NCBI GenBank assembly: GCA_029953675.1
Contig: JAMWBK010000008.1
Span: forward strand, 1,736,001 to 1,800,000
Reading direction: 5' to 3'
Length of the DNA stretch: 64,000 bases
Source: Rhodosorus marinus CCMP1338
Lineage: Eukaryota; Plantae; Rhodophyta
Shown: positions 8,128 through 21,162 of the stretch, one piece after another
Layout of the letters: every line of letters begins with the position of its first letter
Numbering within the stretch: the first letter of the stretch is position 1
Program-made: the position numbers and the translations under genes
The notes under the pieces: model-generated
Told to the model about the DNA's origin: nothing
Databases searched by the model: none
The model's input: only the letters and a program-made list of their open reading frames with translations

Positions 8128-11100
8128 TTTTTTTCCTGCTCTCCAACCCCCACCCCGTTCAGTTTACCGAAAACAAAGGCTACACCAAGTCCAAGCTAAT
8201 CAATCCTCCTTCCCCATAGACCTCGATCCACTTCATAAACAACCCAAAAAAAGGATGACATGCTCTGCTTCCTTCAGAACAAAAAAAAAAAAACAGAATG
8301 GGACCAATCGCGTTTTTTCCAACAACCTACACCAACCTCCCCTCTCCCTCCTCTCCCTCCTCCCCACCCCACCACTTCCCAATGATATGCCCTTTCAGCC
8401 TACCAGAAACAAAAACCAGACAATTCATCTAGCCGTTCATCCTCCTAATAGAGTGCGAGACACACACACACAACACATACACACACTCATTCACGCTCAG
8501 TCACACTCACGGACACTCTCACAAGTACAAAACATCCATATCACACACCCCCATAATTCAGCTCCTAAATCCTCACTTGCCAACTCTCAATCCCTCAAAA
8601 AAATTACACCAAAAAAAACCGGTGCGAACTTACAAAATTTCCATCCCCCCCTAAAAAAAAACTCACCAGACACACACCTCGAAAACCAGCTGCCTGAGCG
8701 CCCAGGCACTTTCAATGTCCACGTAGTTGTTTCCGTCCCATGATCACTAATGCCGTTAAAAATCCTTTTTTTTAAAACTCGATCATGTATATCATATATA
8801 AAACAAGTTTTGGTTTGGAAAATATTCATAAAATCAATATGACCTTTCTTTCGAAAGGAAAACGCGGGCTTTTTTGCTTTGGTAGTTGTTTTTTTTCATA
8901 GATTAGAATGGGGTTGTATGGAAAGTTCGGTGTCATCCGTTGATGGAATTAGTCTAATCTTTGTCTTTCTCTTTTTCCCGTTTGAGAAAAGAAAATTTTT
9001 TTTCGGTACGTATTTATTTTTTTGGCATTGTGATGATGATTATGGCGGCGAACACCAAAACAAGAAAATATAGGGTGGTTGGATTTCTTTCCGACGACCC
9101 ACCCCCTTTTTCCTTTTTTTTCCAACTCTTTAAATGGTTGCGAACAACGATTGTATTAAATAGTCTCCAGAATACACATTCTAGATAAGGCCGGGTATAA
9201 TTTAGGGGGAACAAGGGGAGGAGGGTGGAGGGGGGTAAAATCAGATGATCCCACCCTCCTCCCCTTTTTCCTTTTAAATTATACGCGGGGACACACACAC
9301 ACTCATGCAACACTCACACAAAAGTCGACTCTGCTTAGCAAAATGTCTTGAAATATTAGAACAAGTTTAATAATTCAGCTTGCAGTAGGAAAGGACAGGA
9401 AAGGACTCTTTTTTGTTGCCTTTGTACCATTTTTGGGGGGAAAAAATGGAATAGAGCGAGGATTGTATCCTCGGGCAACGAGATTTAGAAAAACGTAATA
9501 AAAACGAATACGAATCAGATGTAAAAATGCACGAAAAAAATACCTTATATACTGAAGTAGTTCAGTTGCATGACAAACATCGAAAAAAAAAATGATAAAT
9601 CCGCCGAGCATGAATATGAGTACTAATTTCAAGTATTCTGTTGTTTCCGTTGTTTTTGCTTGACAACTATTGGTTGACAATGGATCTCCGCATCTGCCAT
9701 TCTTTTTTGTTGTATTAATGCTCACACATTTTTTTGGATCCCAGTATATGATCTTTTTCTTTTCGAAATAGAGAGTATTTCTTCCTGTTTTCTACGTACA
9801 TCAAATGGTATTTTTTTTTCCTTCTATGTGGAACAACCTGGCTGGGAATCGTTGTGGGTCAGGATTGGGCCCAGCCGACTTTGTGACGCTGTCTAGAGGA
9901 CGTCAGCTGACGCTTTGCATTCTAACGAGGCTTTCTTGTGCTCGGAATATTTCTCCATCTGTTTTGAGGGCGGAAGATTTGGTTGCACGTTGATGTATCG
10001 GCTATCAGCGGGGTTTTGCTTTTGAGCGCTGTTGGTTGACTACAACCCGGCAAGCAAGATCGACATCCACCCACGAAAAACGGACGATAAACACTAGATG
10101 CGGAACCCCGCCCCGCTCGTTGAAACAAGTCGATTTGCCAGAATTACAACAAGCGCCGAGCGAAAAGCTCACCACCTAGTTTGTAAACTTTGGTTCAAGG
10201 CCAGCTCTCTCCACTTTCATCAAGCCTCTCACTGCACAAGGGGCTGTGTTGTTTTCTTGTTCCATATCATCATCACTCTTTGGAAGCGATTCTGTGGCCG
10301 TGCATATTGGTGCAAGCAGTAATTGAAATCCTGTTTTCGCAATGTGGGAAAATGCCGAGTCGCAATTTTACCATCTGGCGCATTCGTTTCTAGAACGTTG
10401 CTACCGGGAGAAAGAAGAGGACGGTCCCAAACAGAAAGCATGGCAAGAAAAAAAGAGGGTAAATCGCGGCAAATAGGCCGACGCTTTGCGTTGAAACGCG
10501 GCGCTCTTTGACCAAACTAACTACATCTACCAAAGCGCTCCAGAAAAAGTAGTTGTAAGACTTGCTCTAGAACCGGATACTCCGAAAGACTCTTGATCCT
10601 AAGCCAGTAGTTGGCCGAGGAGAGGAGATGTAGAAAAAACAACTAAACCACAACGCTATTTTCCTTTTTGTTTGTTTTGAAGAAGGGAGAGCATCGATTT
10701 TTTTTTTTTTCATAGGCTCTTACGATGCCGCTCGGCTCCAGCTCGTGGGAAAGGAGAGACTACTCCAGCCACAACTGACTTGTGGCATGAGGGACCGTTT
10801 CACTTTTAGGTTTCTGGCGGCAGGATGGTTTGCTCCTCTTTTTTTTTTCTATAACATTTTTTTCACGTATCTGAACACGAGAGAGTGGTTCCTTGGCCCG
10901 TTAAAACTGGCCCGATAAAAAGTGGATGATCTATTTATCAATTTCGCTTTTTTAGGATGAGCAAACTTTCAGAGAAATCCGCCATTTTCATGCCGTGAAA
11001 ATCTACGCCTTGGTCGAGCTCAGAAAATACTTAGACTTAGGAACTATCTATTCTGCTTTTCCAGTACTAAGCCCTGCTAGAGCCGCAAAATTGCGCCAGT

Positions 11101-11769
11101 TAAATATTTAGTACCGATTGGATAGATAGCAAAGTCATTGGTCGAGCAGTTCCGGAGGGCTAGTTCTGTCGTGGGGTTTTTCTTCCAAAACATGGATCTG
11201 GGTCCGTGTCGTCGGCTTACAACTAACAAAACTGGCCTTTTTCGCCCATCGCGAAACCATTTTTTCTTCCTATTTTCCTTAAACTAGAGAAAAATCGTGT
11301 TTAATTTGTTGTGAAGATGCCTAAATTTCTAAACACAGGTTTGCCGCTCCCTGTCAATGACAGTTTTATCAGCGATCTCAGCTCACACAGCAGTGGAGTA
11401 CGTGCCCAGCAGTGATTCATCATCGCCTACTCCTGAACATGAAAAATAAAAAAAAGCAAAAAATTATACTAGTGGTAATATTCAAGAATAATCTCAAAGA
11501 AAGAAAAAGAGAAAAGTACTGGGTTGTGAATATTCTTAGAATTCCCGACGAACTCTCTCTTTCTTTCTTTTTTTCATTTTGTTGCTATTTTTTCCTTTTA
11601 TTTCTGTAACACTACGTTCAGAAGCCGCTTTAAGCGTAGGTAATATTTATCAAAACATGGAAAAATAATGAGCACTCGCTGTCGAGTTCGTTCCATGACA
11701 AAAGGCTTAGGAGAACGACTCCAAAAATGGAGGCCTTCCATCATGAGATTGTTCCTACGAGCCTGACGA

Positions 11770-11860
11770 AACTATACCAGTGAGAAGCGAGAAATAAGAC
11801 GCTGATGACGTATGTCCCAACAGTAAAGTGCTAGCGTTGGAACGGCAGAGTGTGGGACCC
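11770..11860 (-). mobile_element. Solo family A RLE 3' end
   Basis: GAGAAGCGAGAAATAAGACGCTGATGACG is the reverse complement of the family A consensus seen at 1-81. Confidence 0.7.
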
Positions 11861-12329
11861 GCCTCGCCACCTTCGGTGCCTTGTGAAAACTGCTTACTTT
11901 TCAATAAGCCCTTTTTGAGAGTCGTATGAGCAGATTAGACACTCAACGATACCCAAGATGGCAAACACCAATTTGTCCCGTTGGAACGGAAAAAGCGGGA
12001 CAAAAAAACTCAAAACGTACTATCGCAGAATTATCCTCAGCCAGCCAATCATTCCAAAGGTTAGACTTTCATGTCCCGAAAACAAGAACATGTTTTCAAC
12101 TTTGACAAATCCAGGAGACATTGCTGGGTGACGTTGATATTGGTCAGCTGGCTGGGAGTCCCAACAGACTACTACTCCTATTCTCCAAGTTGCTATTGTC
12201 TAATTGCTGATCGAAAAGGCACATACGTTCAGTTTTATCTTGTTTTGAGGTTTGTAAAGGCGGCGTGAATTTGTACACTAAGCTGATTAAGCAAAGGGGA
12301 GGGTGGATTTCTATGCGAAGCGTCACTAT

Positions 12330-13910
12330 CCTCGTCCTTAGGGGGCCGATTGGAATGATGGTGGATGTTTCCACGGACCGGATTTCTGCTTTTGGCCGCG
12401 CCTGCTATTCCGTAGGCTCCCTCCCAACTGAGGAATTAGTTCCGTTTACTTTTGTATCGGACTTCGTTACGCTCGGATAGGGGTGATCTCACGCCGTTTT
12501 CATACAGTTACTGATGATATCCTCCATATCATGTCCGCAGAGTACTCCTCCTGGCATCGAAGAAAAAGTTATAGGCCGGCACTACCTTCCCCCACGTGAT
12601 GCGCCTGGTAGTATGCAGGCTAGTCTCGTCCTTGGGGCGCAATTGGAATGATGGTCCATGTTTCCCCGGACTGGATTTCTGCTTGCGTCTGCTATTACTT
12701 AGGCTCCCAACTGAGGAATTCATTCCGTTTACTTCTGTAACGCACTGCGTTACGCTCGCATAGGGGTGACCTCACAGCCTTTTTTATAGAGTCACTGATG
12801 ATATCCAAGGCCATGCCCGCAGAGTGCTCACCCTGGCATGATCGAAGACTAGCTATATTCCGGCAATGTCTTCCCCACGGGATGTGGGCTGCCTTTCGCA
12901 GATTCCCAACTGAAGAATTGCGTTTACTTCTGTAACAAACTGGGTTGTGCTCGGATAAGGGTGACCTCATGCCATCATAATAGATTCAATGATGATATCC
13001 TAGGCCATGTCAGTGCATCCACCTGCCATGATCATAGACTAAGTATATCCCGACAATGTCTTCACCACGCGACTTCTGCTTGCGCCCGCTGTTGCGCGGG
13101 CTCTCCATCTGTCCAGTTCCGTTTACTCCTGTAATGGACTGCGCATTCTCGGACAGGCGCGACCTCATGTCGTTTTTCATAGAGTCAATGGTGACCTAGG
13201 CCGTGTCTGCAGAGTGCTCCCCCTGACATGATCGAATGCGACTGGATCCCGACAATTGATTGTAGATTCGGGTATTGGAGCGGTACCAAGTTGTTAGTGC
13301 AACTCCCTACTCTATTAGACGTCTCGGTTTGTTTTTAACCATCATCGGTTTAGATCCGAGCCCAAGTTCCCCGAATGAGGTACTCTAGGAAGGCGTGCTG
13401 ATTGCCCCTCTGGACCGTCAGCCCGTGACGGTCCCTACTCACCGTCGAACCCACATTGTGAGTAATCCTTTCATTGCTGTCTAGCAAGTTGGCCTTTTTT
13501 GTGATTGCGGCTTTGAACCAGTAGCGATGGGATCAAATACACCATGCAGATTGAGTCTTATCTGATCTCATTGTGCAAGTTCTGTTTTCGGTCCTCCCCC
13601 CCTGTCGATTTGCTGGACGAATACTTTCGAAATCCTTGTCCTTTGCGGAGGAGCCAAACTCCCGAGTGGGGTTGCGGCTTCTGGAGAGTAGGGAAAGAGC
13701 CATTCATCTCCCCCTCGAGGCGCAACCGGAATACTTGTGAGTGTTTCCACGAAATTTCTGCTTTTGCTTGCCGTCAGGCAGGTTCCCAACTGAGGAATTC
13801 CGTTTCCTCCTGTACCGGGCTGCTGGATGCTTGGAGAGCACTCCATGCCGTTTTCACTGAGTCAACAATGATATCCTAGGTCATGTCCGGAGCGTGCCCC
13901 GGCTAACATG
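12330..13910. repeat. Five degenerate ~170-290-bp repeat units
   Basis: Shared cores TCCCAACTGA(G/A)GAATT..CCGTTTACT.CTGTA and GATGATATCC.AGGCCATG.CCGCAGAGTGCTC..CCTGGCATGATCGA at ~12420, ~12705, ~12903, ~13110 and ~13783. Confidence 0.85.
13340..13400 (-). mobile_element. Family C RLE 3'-end remnant
   Basis: ATCGGTTTAGATCCGAGCCCAAGTTCCCCGAATGAGGTACTCTAGGAAGG matches the reverse complement of 3120-3175 and also matches 17085-17125; a similar remnant lies at 16320-16355. Confidence 0.7.
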
Positions 13911-13944
13911 ATCTAAAAAAAGATAACGGGAGGCTCTAATTCGG

Positions 13945-14070
13945 TTGTTCAGCGGAATTACGGCGGAGCCTGAAGAACCCATGAGCGTAAATGAAGCTAT
14001 GGAGAGTGGTCTTGCCCCCGAATGGCGAGAAGCCATGGATGAAGAAGTGAAATCACTATTGTCCCTCATC
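13945..14070 (+). mobile_element. Ty1/Copia RT N-terminal fragment
   Basis: EPMSVNEAM...PEWREAMDEEVKSL is the canonical Copia pre-RT motif EP.S..EA....W..AM.EE..SL. Confidence 0.8.
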
Positions 14071-14199
14071 GGTCAGGCCCGTGCTTCATCGGATTTAATT
14101 CCTTATCCGTTAATCGCGCTTCTTCAGCAGTCTTTTCTGAGCCTATCTCGTCCAGGAACTCATCGTCCTCGTTTTATTCCTCGTGATGGGTCAAATGTT

Positions 14200-15560
14200 C
14201 CACTACAGCATCGGTGATAGGACTCCTTTGAAGACCTTTACATCGGAACACCTTGGGGTTGATCTTCGCATCCCTCATATATGTAATTTCCCCAGTCTCA
14301 ACCTGAACATCGTAATTGCCGCATGCTCCAAGCCCTCTTCACAATCATTCGCAAAGCGCCTCTGCAACTGTGCTTGTGCACCCAAATGCTTCACGTAATC
14401 ACTGGTCTGCTCCAAAAGATGCATAACGAGATCGCTCTTCATCTCCTCGAGGTATTTCATATACTCTTCCTCATCATTCTCCTTGAGAGCCTTGAACGGG
14501 TCCTGCTCGAGTACTTTTCCGTTTGGAATTCCTGGCGCATCTCCTTTTTGGCTACCGCGTCGATGCCAGTTGAAGCTGCCTTCACAACTTCCTCTCGCTT
14601 TCCGCGCTACTCCGGCGTTTCACCGGTTTCATGTTTCCGTACGTTCGCACGTTTACACCGGCGGAGATCCGTCCGGTTCTTGAGGAGCTACACCGCGAGT
14701 TGGGATGCATTCGACCATAGCTTTGAGTTTCCGATCGAGAACGATTGATTTTCGTCTTGCTGCAGGCATTTTAATCAGCTTTGGGTGATTATCCACGTTC
14801 GATAATTGCTCAGTACTGTCTCAAGAACCCATTACTCACGTGCCTTTACGACCTCGACGTTTTTTTCAGGTTACGCAAAACATCGCCGTCAAGAATTTCC
14901 GCCAAATCTCCAATCTGGCGTAGCCACGGGCTCTCGCAGCAACGTTGAGATGGTTCGTTTTGACCAAAATTCGTCCATAGGCCCTTCAATCAGCCTGAGG
15001 TTCTCTTTGCGCTTTCTCTTGCACTTTTCCCTTCAGAACGAGGTATTTCTTAGTGACTCTGCCCAAGTTCAAGCTGGCCTGAATCCGATTGTTTTGCCAA
15101 CTAGTCCAACATTAAACAGTACTTCTTCACGTACTGACACATTCCGCCCTTGTCTGTTGTGCATCTGGTACATATCCTGGGGTTCAAAACGTCTCCGTCA
15201 GCACGCGCACAGCCTCAACGCCATCAACGACGACACGCCCGCAAGACTTAATGGTAAGCAATTTTCATCAGCCTTCTTCAGCTGCTGAAATACCTACAGA
15301 GTTTGCTGTAAAAGTCCACGTTCTCCCGCTCGTTTGAATCATCGGCAACATAAGCCCGGAGAATCTTATCAAAAGTTTCCAGTCAGTCCGTAGGCGTAGT
15401 CACGACCATAGTTCCAAGAAGATTGGCTCCGCCCTCAGTTGCGCGAACAATATCTACCAAAGTGTCCGGTAAACTACGATAGAGATTCGATCAAGTCCTA
15501 TTTCGCAAAGTACACCATTCTCAGTTTTCCGACTTCAACTTCTCCACGTTGCTGCAATAC
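14200..15560 (-). pseudogene. Decayed fragment of a SNF2/BRM-type chromatin remodeller (pre-HSA/HSA/post-HSA region)
   Basis: FKALKENDEEEY, then a 2-nt loss at ~14460, then MKYLEEMKSDLVMHLLEQTSDYVKHLG; this resembles Snf2/BRM R.ALK.NDEE.Y.KL....K..R...LL.QT..Y...L. Weaker upstream matches (ALRL...R, LIESL.SLPDTL). Several stops and frameshifts; no ATPase domain seen. Confidence 0.55.
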
Positions 15561-16469
15561 TTGTTGCTGTACTTTATGTCTCTGGAGTTGCGACGCGGCA
15601 CCATCGTCATCATGACGGCTACTAAGCTCTCCTTTTCATCGTCCAAGTAATAGCTGTTCAGTCTGTTGAAAAACCAAATCAGTCAATATTGTAAATGATT
15701 GACTTTATGGCTTCAGTCAGCACCGGAGTGGTGGTCGTTGAGCTGGTCGGGGGTGGTTTTCACTGTCACCGGGATGTACTGGGGTTACGTTAGGGGGGAA
15801 ACATAGTCCATGTTCTCCGCCTAGTACAATCATTGTCTCCTTCCTCCCGGTGGTCTTTGAGGCCTTGCTTCACGCGAGTTCGTGGACTCTATGGGTCCAG
15901 TTGACTGCTAGCATCATGATCAATTGCGCACTTCAAACCTCTGCTTCCTGTTCTTCGCCTTGTTACAAGCAGGTAGACAAGACTTTCCTTTGCCAAGGAC
16001 TTCCTCCAACTCTTAACCTTCTGTACCACCCAGTCGCGTCCTCCTTCAGTATCTCTCGTCAAAACCTTCCAATCTCCAACGGGATAATTCAAAGCAGCTT
16101 AAGCTGTTTACAGCATGAGCTGGGCTCATAATCTTTTGGATTGTCTGTTTATTCATCTGAGTGTAACACTTTATCAACGTCATCCAGAGGACTTCATCTT
16201 CATCTCTCACTCGTTGACAGAACAACAACGCGAGTTCAATCCTGCCCTAAGTAGTCCCGAAGCCATGCCTCGTCTGAACTCTCAATGACCCCAAAGATCT
16301 TGATAGCAGACAGATCGGTCTAATCGGACGCTAACGTCCCTGAACGAGGTAAGCTAGAAAGATACGGTTATCTAGTCTGACCTTCCAACTAGGCTAGGGA
16401 CGCAATTCAGCACAGGCCATCACCCGAGGTGCGCCCTATCGGGTTGGGCCACGACACCAAGACTGCGCG

Positions 16470-16600
16470 TCGGTTTGTCCGTACGACCCTTGGTGATTGC
16501 CTCCGTGAAGAAATCGGGAATCATTTCATCCGTGCCGAGATATCTGAGTTGCGCTTCACCCGATACGTGACGCAACATCCTGCAGTGTCCAGTAGTCGCC
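16470..16600 (-). mobile_element. Ty1/Copia RNase H C-terminal fragment
   Basis: GEAQLRYLGTDEMIPDFFTEAITKGRTDKPTRSLGV resembles G.I.L.Y..T.EM.AD.LTK.L......R..LG. Confidence 0.7.
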
Positions 16601-16714
16601 CAACCTAGGCACGAATCACTATCAGTAAATGGGACTTTTTGGACGCAAGTTTGGCGGGTGATGAGGAAACCAGGAAGAGCACCTCGTGACCGTTGGTGAT
16701 GATCGGTGGATCAG

Positions 16715-17330
16715 TAAACCTTGTTTCGAGGGCCAACAACCCCGAGAAGGGAGCACTGCACTCGACGAAAGCAACGAGCCTCAAGGATAAGGGCGGCTGA
16801 ACGCCGCCACAGGGCTAGACTAAGCAGAAATTGGAAACGCGTGCAGAGATCAAGTTGATTCCCAAAGCGCGCACGGAACAGGAGAACTCCTGCACCGTCC
16901 ATGAACCAAAAGACTTCAACAAAAACCGGGACGCGAGTGACTTATCGTTCATGGAGACAACGATCTGCTGCTCAGTCAACCGCGGAAGCCGAATACCAAA
17001 GCACTGGGTGCTAACCCAAAGATGGATTCGAGAGTTTATAGAAGGTTTTTGGGGTAGTTCTTGGCTTAGTTGATCCATCGTTTTAATCGGAGGCTAAGAT
17101 CCCTGAATGAGGTACTCTAGGAAGGGCGTAGGGGGCGAGCCTCCAAAACTAGGGCAGCATTACAGCGCCAGAGGGTCAAACTTAAAGTAGCCAGTCGGGT
17201 GGGAGCATCAGGGCATTCCCGCAACCAAGCACCCCCAGCGCTATCTAAGAATCCAAAGATCTCTCTAACAAAATGGGACAAACCGATAAGCAGCGCAGAA
17301 TGCAAAGCCTCATCGTTGGAAAGCGCCTCC
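16715..17330 (-). mobile_element. Two tandem RLE retroelement 3' fragments on the minus strand
   Basis: LSLALWRRSAALILEAR (~16775-16825) and GFLDSAGGAWLREC.DAPTRLATLSLTLWRCNAALVLEARPLRPS* (17117-17250). Confidence 0.8.
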
Positions 17331-17333
17331 GGC

Positions 17334-17530
17334 GATGGATCAGTGCACGGATTCAAGCCACGGCTCGTAGAGGTTTTGCGCTGGAGCAAGGAATGGACTT
17401 TGAGCAAATCTTCCCCCCTACGGTGGATTTCTCCAGCGTGAGGTTAACTATTGACAATACTGGCGAGAAAATATGGAGCTGGTACAGATTGAATGTTACA
17501 CAACCGCGAACCCGGAACGCGGAGTTGCGT
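17334..17530 (+). mobile_element. Ty1/Copia RT core fragment (frameshifted)
   Basis: DGSVHGFKPRLV, then RGFALEQGMDFEQIFPPTVDFSSVRL...W...LNV; this resembles DGS..R.KARLVARGF.Q..G.DF.ETF.PV....S.R. Confidence 0.8.
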
Positions 17531-20500
17531 AGGGAGCTCTCAACGAGACCAAAGAAAAAATTGGAAAATCTGGATCTACGGAGAGGACGTATTTTATCTG
17601 TTCTGAAGGGTATTCTTGCAATATTATGGTAAATATCTGTACATAAAAGGAGTATTTTAGGCTCGACAGGCCTTAAATACAGCATAATAGAAGTAAAAAG
17701 TATAAAATTCTCGAACGGTTCCACAACATTCAAGTTCCCGGCCCTTGTTGAACTACTAAGCAAAGACGCAAAGGGCATAGTTTCCTTATTACAAGTACGA
17801 CGTCCTCTTTCGTGTGCGGTAAACCGTCGGTGCTGGTTGACCTCTTTACAGCTGGTGAACTAATGAACTCGGACCTTGGATCCTAGTTCAAGAAGGCCAT
17901 ATTTCAAACGCTGCACAGTACACACTCAAACAAAAATTGTGCATTGGACGGATATGCACTGTTGAACATAAGTGACCAGGCCGCCCCAATCTTGATTACA
18001 CGGAAAGCGCGATAAAAAAGTCTAGCGGGCAACCACATGAAGTACCCATCCTCTGCTCACTGCCACTTGCCTGAAAACGAACGTACTCCTCGGTAACGGC
18101 TTCCAGCAATGGGCGCGCAACCCTATATCTGTCCCATCGCCGCGCAGCTGCTCAGTGCTACGGGTTCTTTGCCGGGAGCCCACCCAGAGTCCAGATTCCC
18201 ATACCCCTTGGAATCTTCCTCCACATTGAGGGACGACGGGAGCGATCTTGTCCCATATTGAAAAGGGCTACTCAACTGAAAGCCCCAAATCGATTCATCG
18301 TAAGTGATTCTCAAACGACTGATCTCGCCGTCCCACGTTCATAGCAGGAGTATTTGGACAACAAAGAACTGTGTGTAAGCCCACACACCGACCTTCCACC
18401 ATTCTCGCACTCGCCCTCTGAGCTCTTCTATCAACCCCTCCATGAGCACGCTTTCACCACTACTGATTGCGTTCCCAAAAGACGACTAAAGCAACGACTA
18501 AGGAATAGCCAAAGATCCGGAAGCAAGAAAAAAGTTCCAGTGCCTTCTACTACTGCGACACCGAAGGCCACTCTCGTTGACAGCCCCCGTCCACGTCGGC
18601 AACTATGGACCAGCCGGCGGAACCCAGAACGTACAACTCCCATGACAAGATTGCTCGCCCTATTCCGTGAAAGATAAAAAACCCAGTCAACAAAAACAGA
18701 TATACAAAAAGACTGTGTAGGGGGCGGGGGAAGGGGTATAGTAGAGTATTGGTAGCCATGTCTCGGCTTCAAAATAATTACAAAAGAAGAAAACCAAATA
18801 GAATTGAGTCTTCCTTATCAAGTCTATCTATTTTCCTATCTCCCCAAAACATCAAAAAAATAATGAATATTATATGGCTCGATGGTGGGATCAAATTGCC
18901 CACCAAATTCTATCGAATCTTATCGTTGGTATCATCAACGACAGAGATCAGCTTTAATGGCCCCCCCAAAAAGACACATTGAGCATCGTGTTCGCTAGAG
19001 AAGATCCTGAAGCACATTCATACTTTTCCCATAAATTTTTTTTGATATAGTAATAAGGAGATTCTGGGAAGCGCATGAAAGAAAACGTCGTATTGGAGAT
19101 GACGGAGAATTAACCAGGGAAACTCGGAGGAGAAAAAAAGGGGCATGCTCCACATGATCGAGTTTTTTAATAATTTGGAGCCATATAATGATATTTGGTG
19201 TAGACATCCAAGGGGGGGGGGGGTGGGGTAGTGTTGTATTGAAGAACCCCTCTCAACACGACATGTGTTTAATGTAGTTAACCAATAATATTATATGACT
19301 TCTTTTTTTTCACTTCGTTTCTTCTTTTTTTTCCAGCTGCACAACTTAATTACTCTCCAAAAAAAAAAAAAAACCCGGTCTGAGACCCGCTGGCGAGCAT
19401 TTACGTTTCCGCACAGTACGTCTGCTGTCTGTCGGGACAAGGTCCCCCGCCGTTCCTTGTTTTTCATATATTGTTTTAGTCAAAGTTCTCTCTTAGACTG
19501 ATTAAGAAATTTTGAGGAAAAATCATACTGACTAGTTGGCGTTTTTTTGGTGTATTATAGAGAAAATTGCTTGCCGACGCATAATAAACGACTAACTAAA
19601 AATAATAGTAAATATTGCCATGGTTTTCTAACGGGTTAAGGATTCCAATTTTTCACTACAAAATGATGGCTTGAGTTTGAGAAAACAATGTCCAAAAGCG
19701 GGGAATTCCATTCTAGGGCCCATAAATATAAATATTTCTGGATGTCCAAAAAAAAAATCCTTTCCGATTTCTGTCCTTTTTTGGCCCCAAAGCTGAGAGT
19801 GACGAAGACTTTGAATCTCAATAAAAAAAGAAGAGGGGCCCTCTTCCGACCTCCTTTCCCATCGCATCCGATCCTTTCGGAAATCTTATGAAAACTGATA
19901 AATGCGCTTCCCTAACGAGGAATCTGAACGGTGAATTGTTTTTAATTGACAAGTACTCATGTTGTTGATAGGAGTGATGACGAAGGCTCGTCGTTCCAGA
20001 TTTCTATTGGTAGATTTCTCCAGCAAAAGGTGAATCTAAAGTATGTTCCCGCCACGTATATTTTTGAACAAAAAAAAGATGAAACTTTTTGCAATGTACA
20101 TTCCTGTTTTGGGGTCGAAAAAAAATGCGACTGAATACAAGTACGCAATAGTAAAAACCCCTGAACAACTACCGACGACGCAGCTTTGAGTACACCCCAT
20201 GCAGCCAAGGGTGGGCGCTCGTTTAAGATTGCTGAAGAATTAAGGAGTGTCTGTAAAACATGCGACCCAGGGGTTGTTTCTTAACAAAAGAAAGAAAAAA
20301 AAGAAGGTGACTATCCCCCCTCTTCCCTCCCCTCATTTCATCAACGTTGAACAGGATTTTCCAACCAAAGCTTCCCCCCTCCTCCAAAAACCCGTTACCC
20401 CCCAAAAAACAAGAAAAAACCTCCCCTCTTGAAACGTTTTGGGGCTTTTCGTTCTATGGGCAAAATCACCTTACCCCCCTCCCGGCGTTGCTAGATAGCA

Positions 20501-21162
20501 ATCTTTTTGGTTGTCCTTCCACATTCCGCCACGAAAAAGCCTCTACATTTGTTTTTCCCTTGCGCGAAAATATCACTTGCGTCTTTACCCTCGTCGACAA
20601 CATAGAAAAGTGGAATCCCCGTCAAGCCGAAAAAGGCTTCAAAATATCATAATTAAAGATGGAGTTCTCCTAATCAAGAACAAGATACCTATATTCTAAG
20701 AATTTGACTGCCGAGGAAGAATTTATTTGTTTAGACTAGAGTAGTTGTCCAGTGAATATCCCGAAAATTTTAAAAGTGACTGAATACATGTTTTTATTTT
20801 ATTATACAGTTTTCTGTGGGCAAGCGTCAGCCAGGCGGCTTAAGCAGAAAACTCATTGAGCGATGTGCACTCTGTGTTCGCAGACACCGCTTTTGAAAGG
20901 AGTGCTTCAAGAGTTGGGAGGGAAGTGAAGGGAAGAGCAGGGGCGGAGGGGGAGACTGTAGGGGATGAAACAGCGAGGTTTTGGAAAGGCGGAAAAAGCC
21001 GAATCGTTTCGAACCGCTACAGGGCGGCTTCTGTTTTGGAGGTTGAGGTAAGGGGCGAGTGCCGCTCGGGGTCGTGAGGGAAGGGTTGGGGGTGAGAGGG
21101 GAGGACCAGAATTGGGATTGAAAGTTTGTAGTTGGTTTGGTCTTGTAATTTTCTTCGTCAAG

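Noticed and set aside
8120-9725. Low-complexity ORFs in AT-rich spacers (also 42371-42505, 47745-48167, 62596-63096)
   Set aside because: Non-ATG starts or homopolymer-driven composition; explained by strand-skewed promoter DNA.
10229-10441. Tc1/mariner transposase remnant (WDRPLLSPGSNVLE resembling WP..SPDLNPIE)
   Set aside because: Single weak motif with no supporting DDE segments or TIRs.
12330-13910. Box C/D snoRNA cluster (TGATGA and CTGA motifs in the repeats)
   Set aside because: Box C is not conserved in all units, C-to-D spacing is inconsistent (~110 vs ~200 nt), and no terminal stems were seen.
18100-18340. Additional Copia RNase H remnant on the minus strand (KGYGNLDSGWA...PVALSS)
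   Set aside because: Plausible but too degenerate to call without a frameshift-aware alignment.
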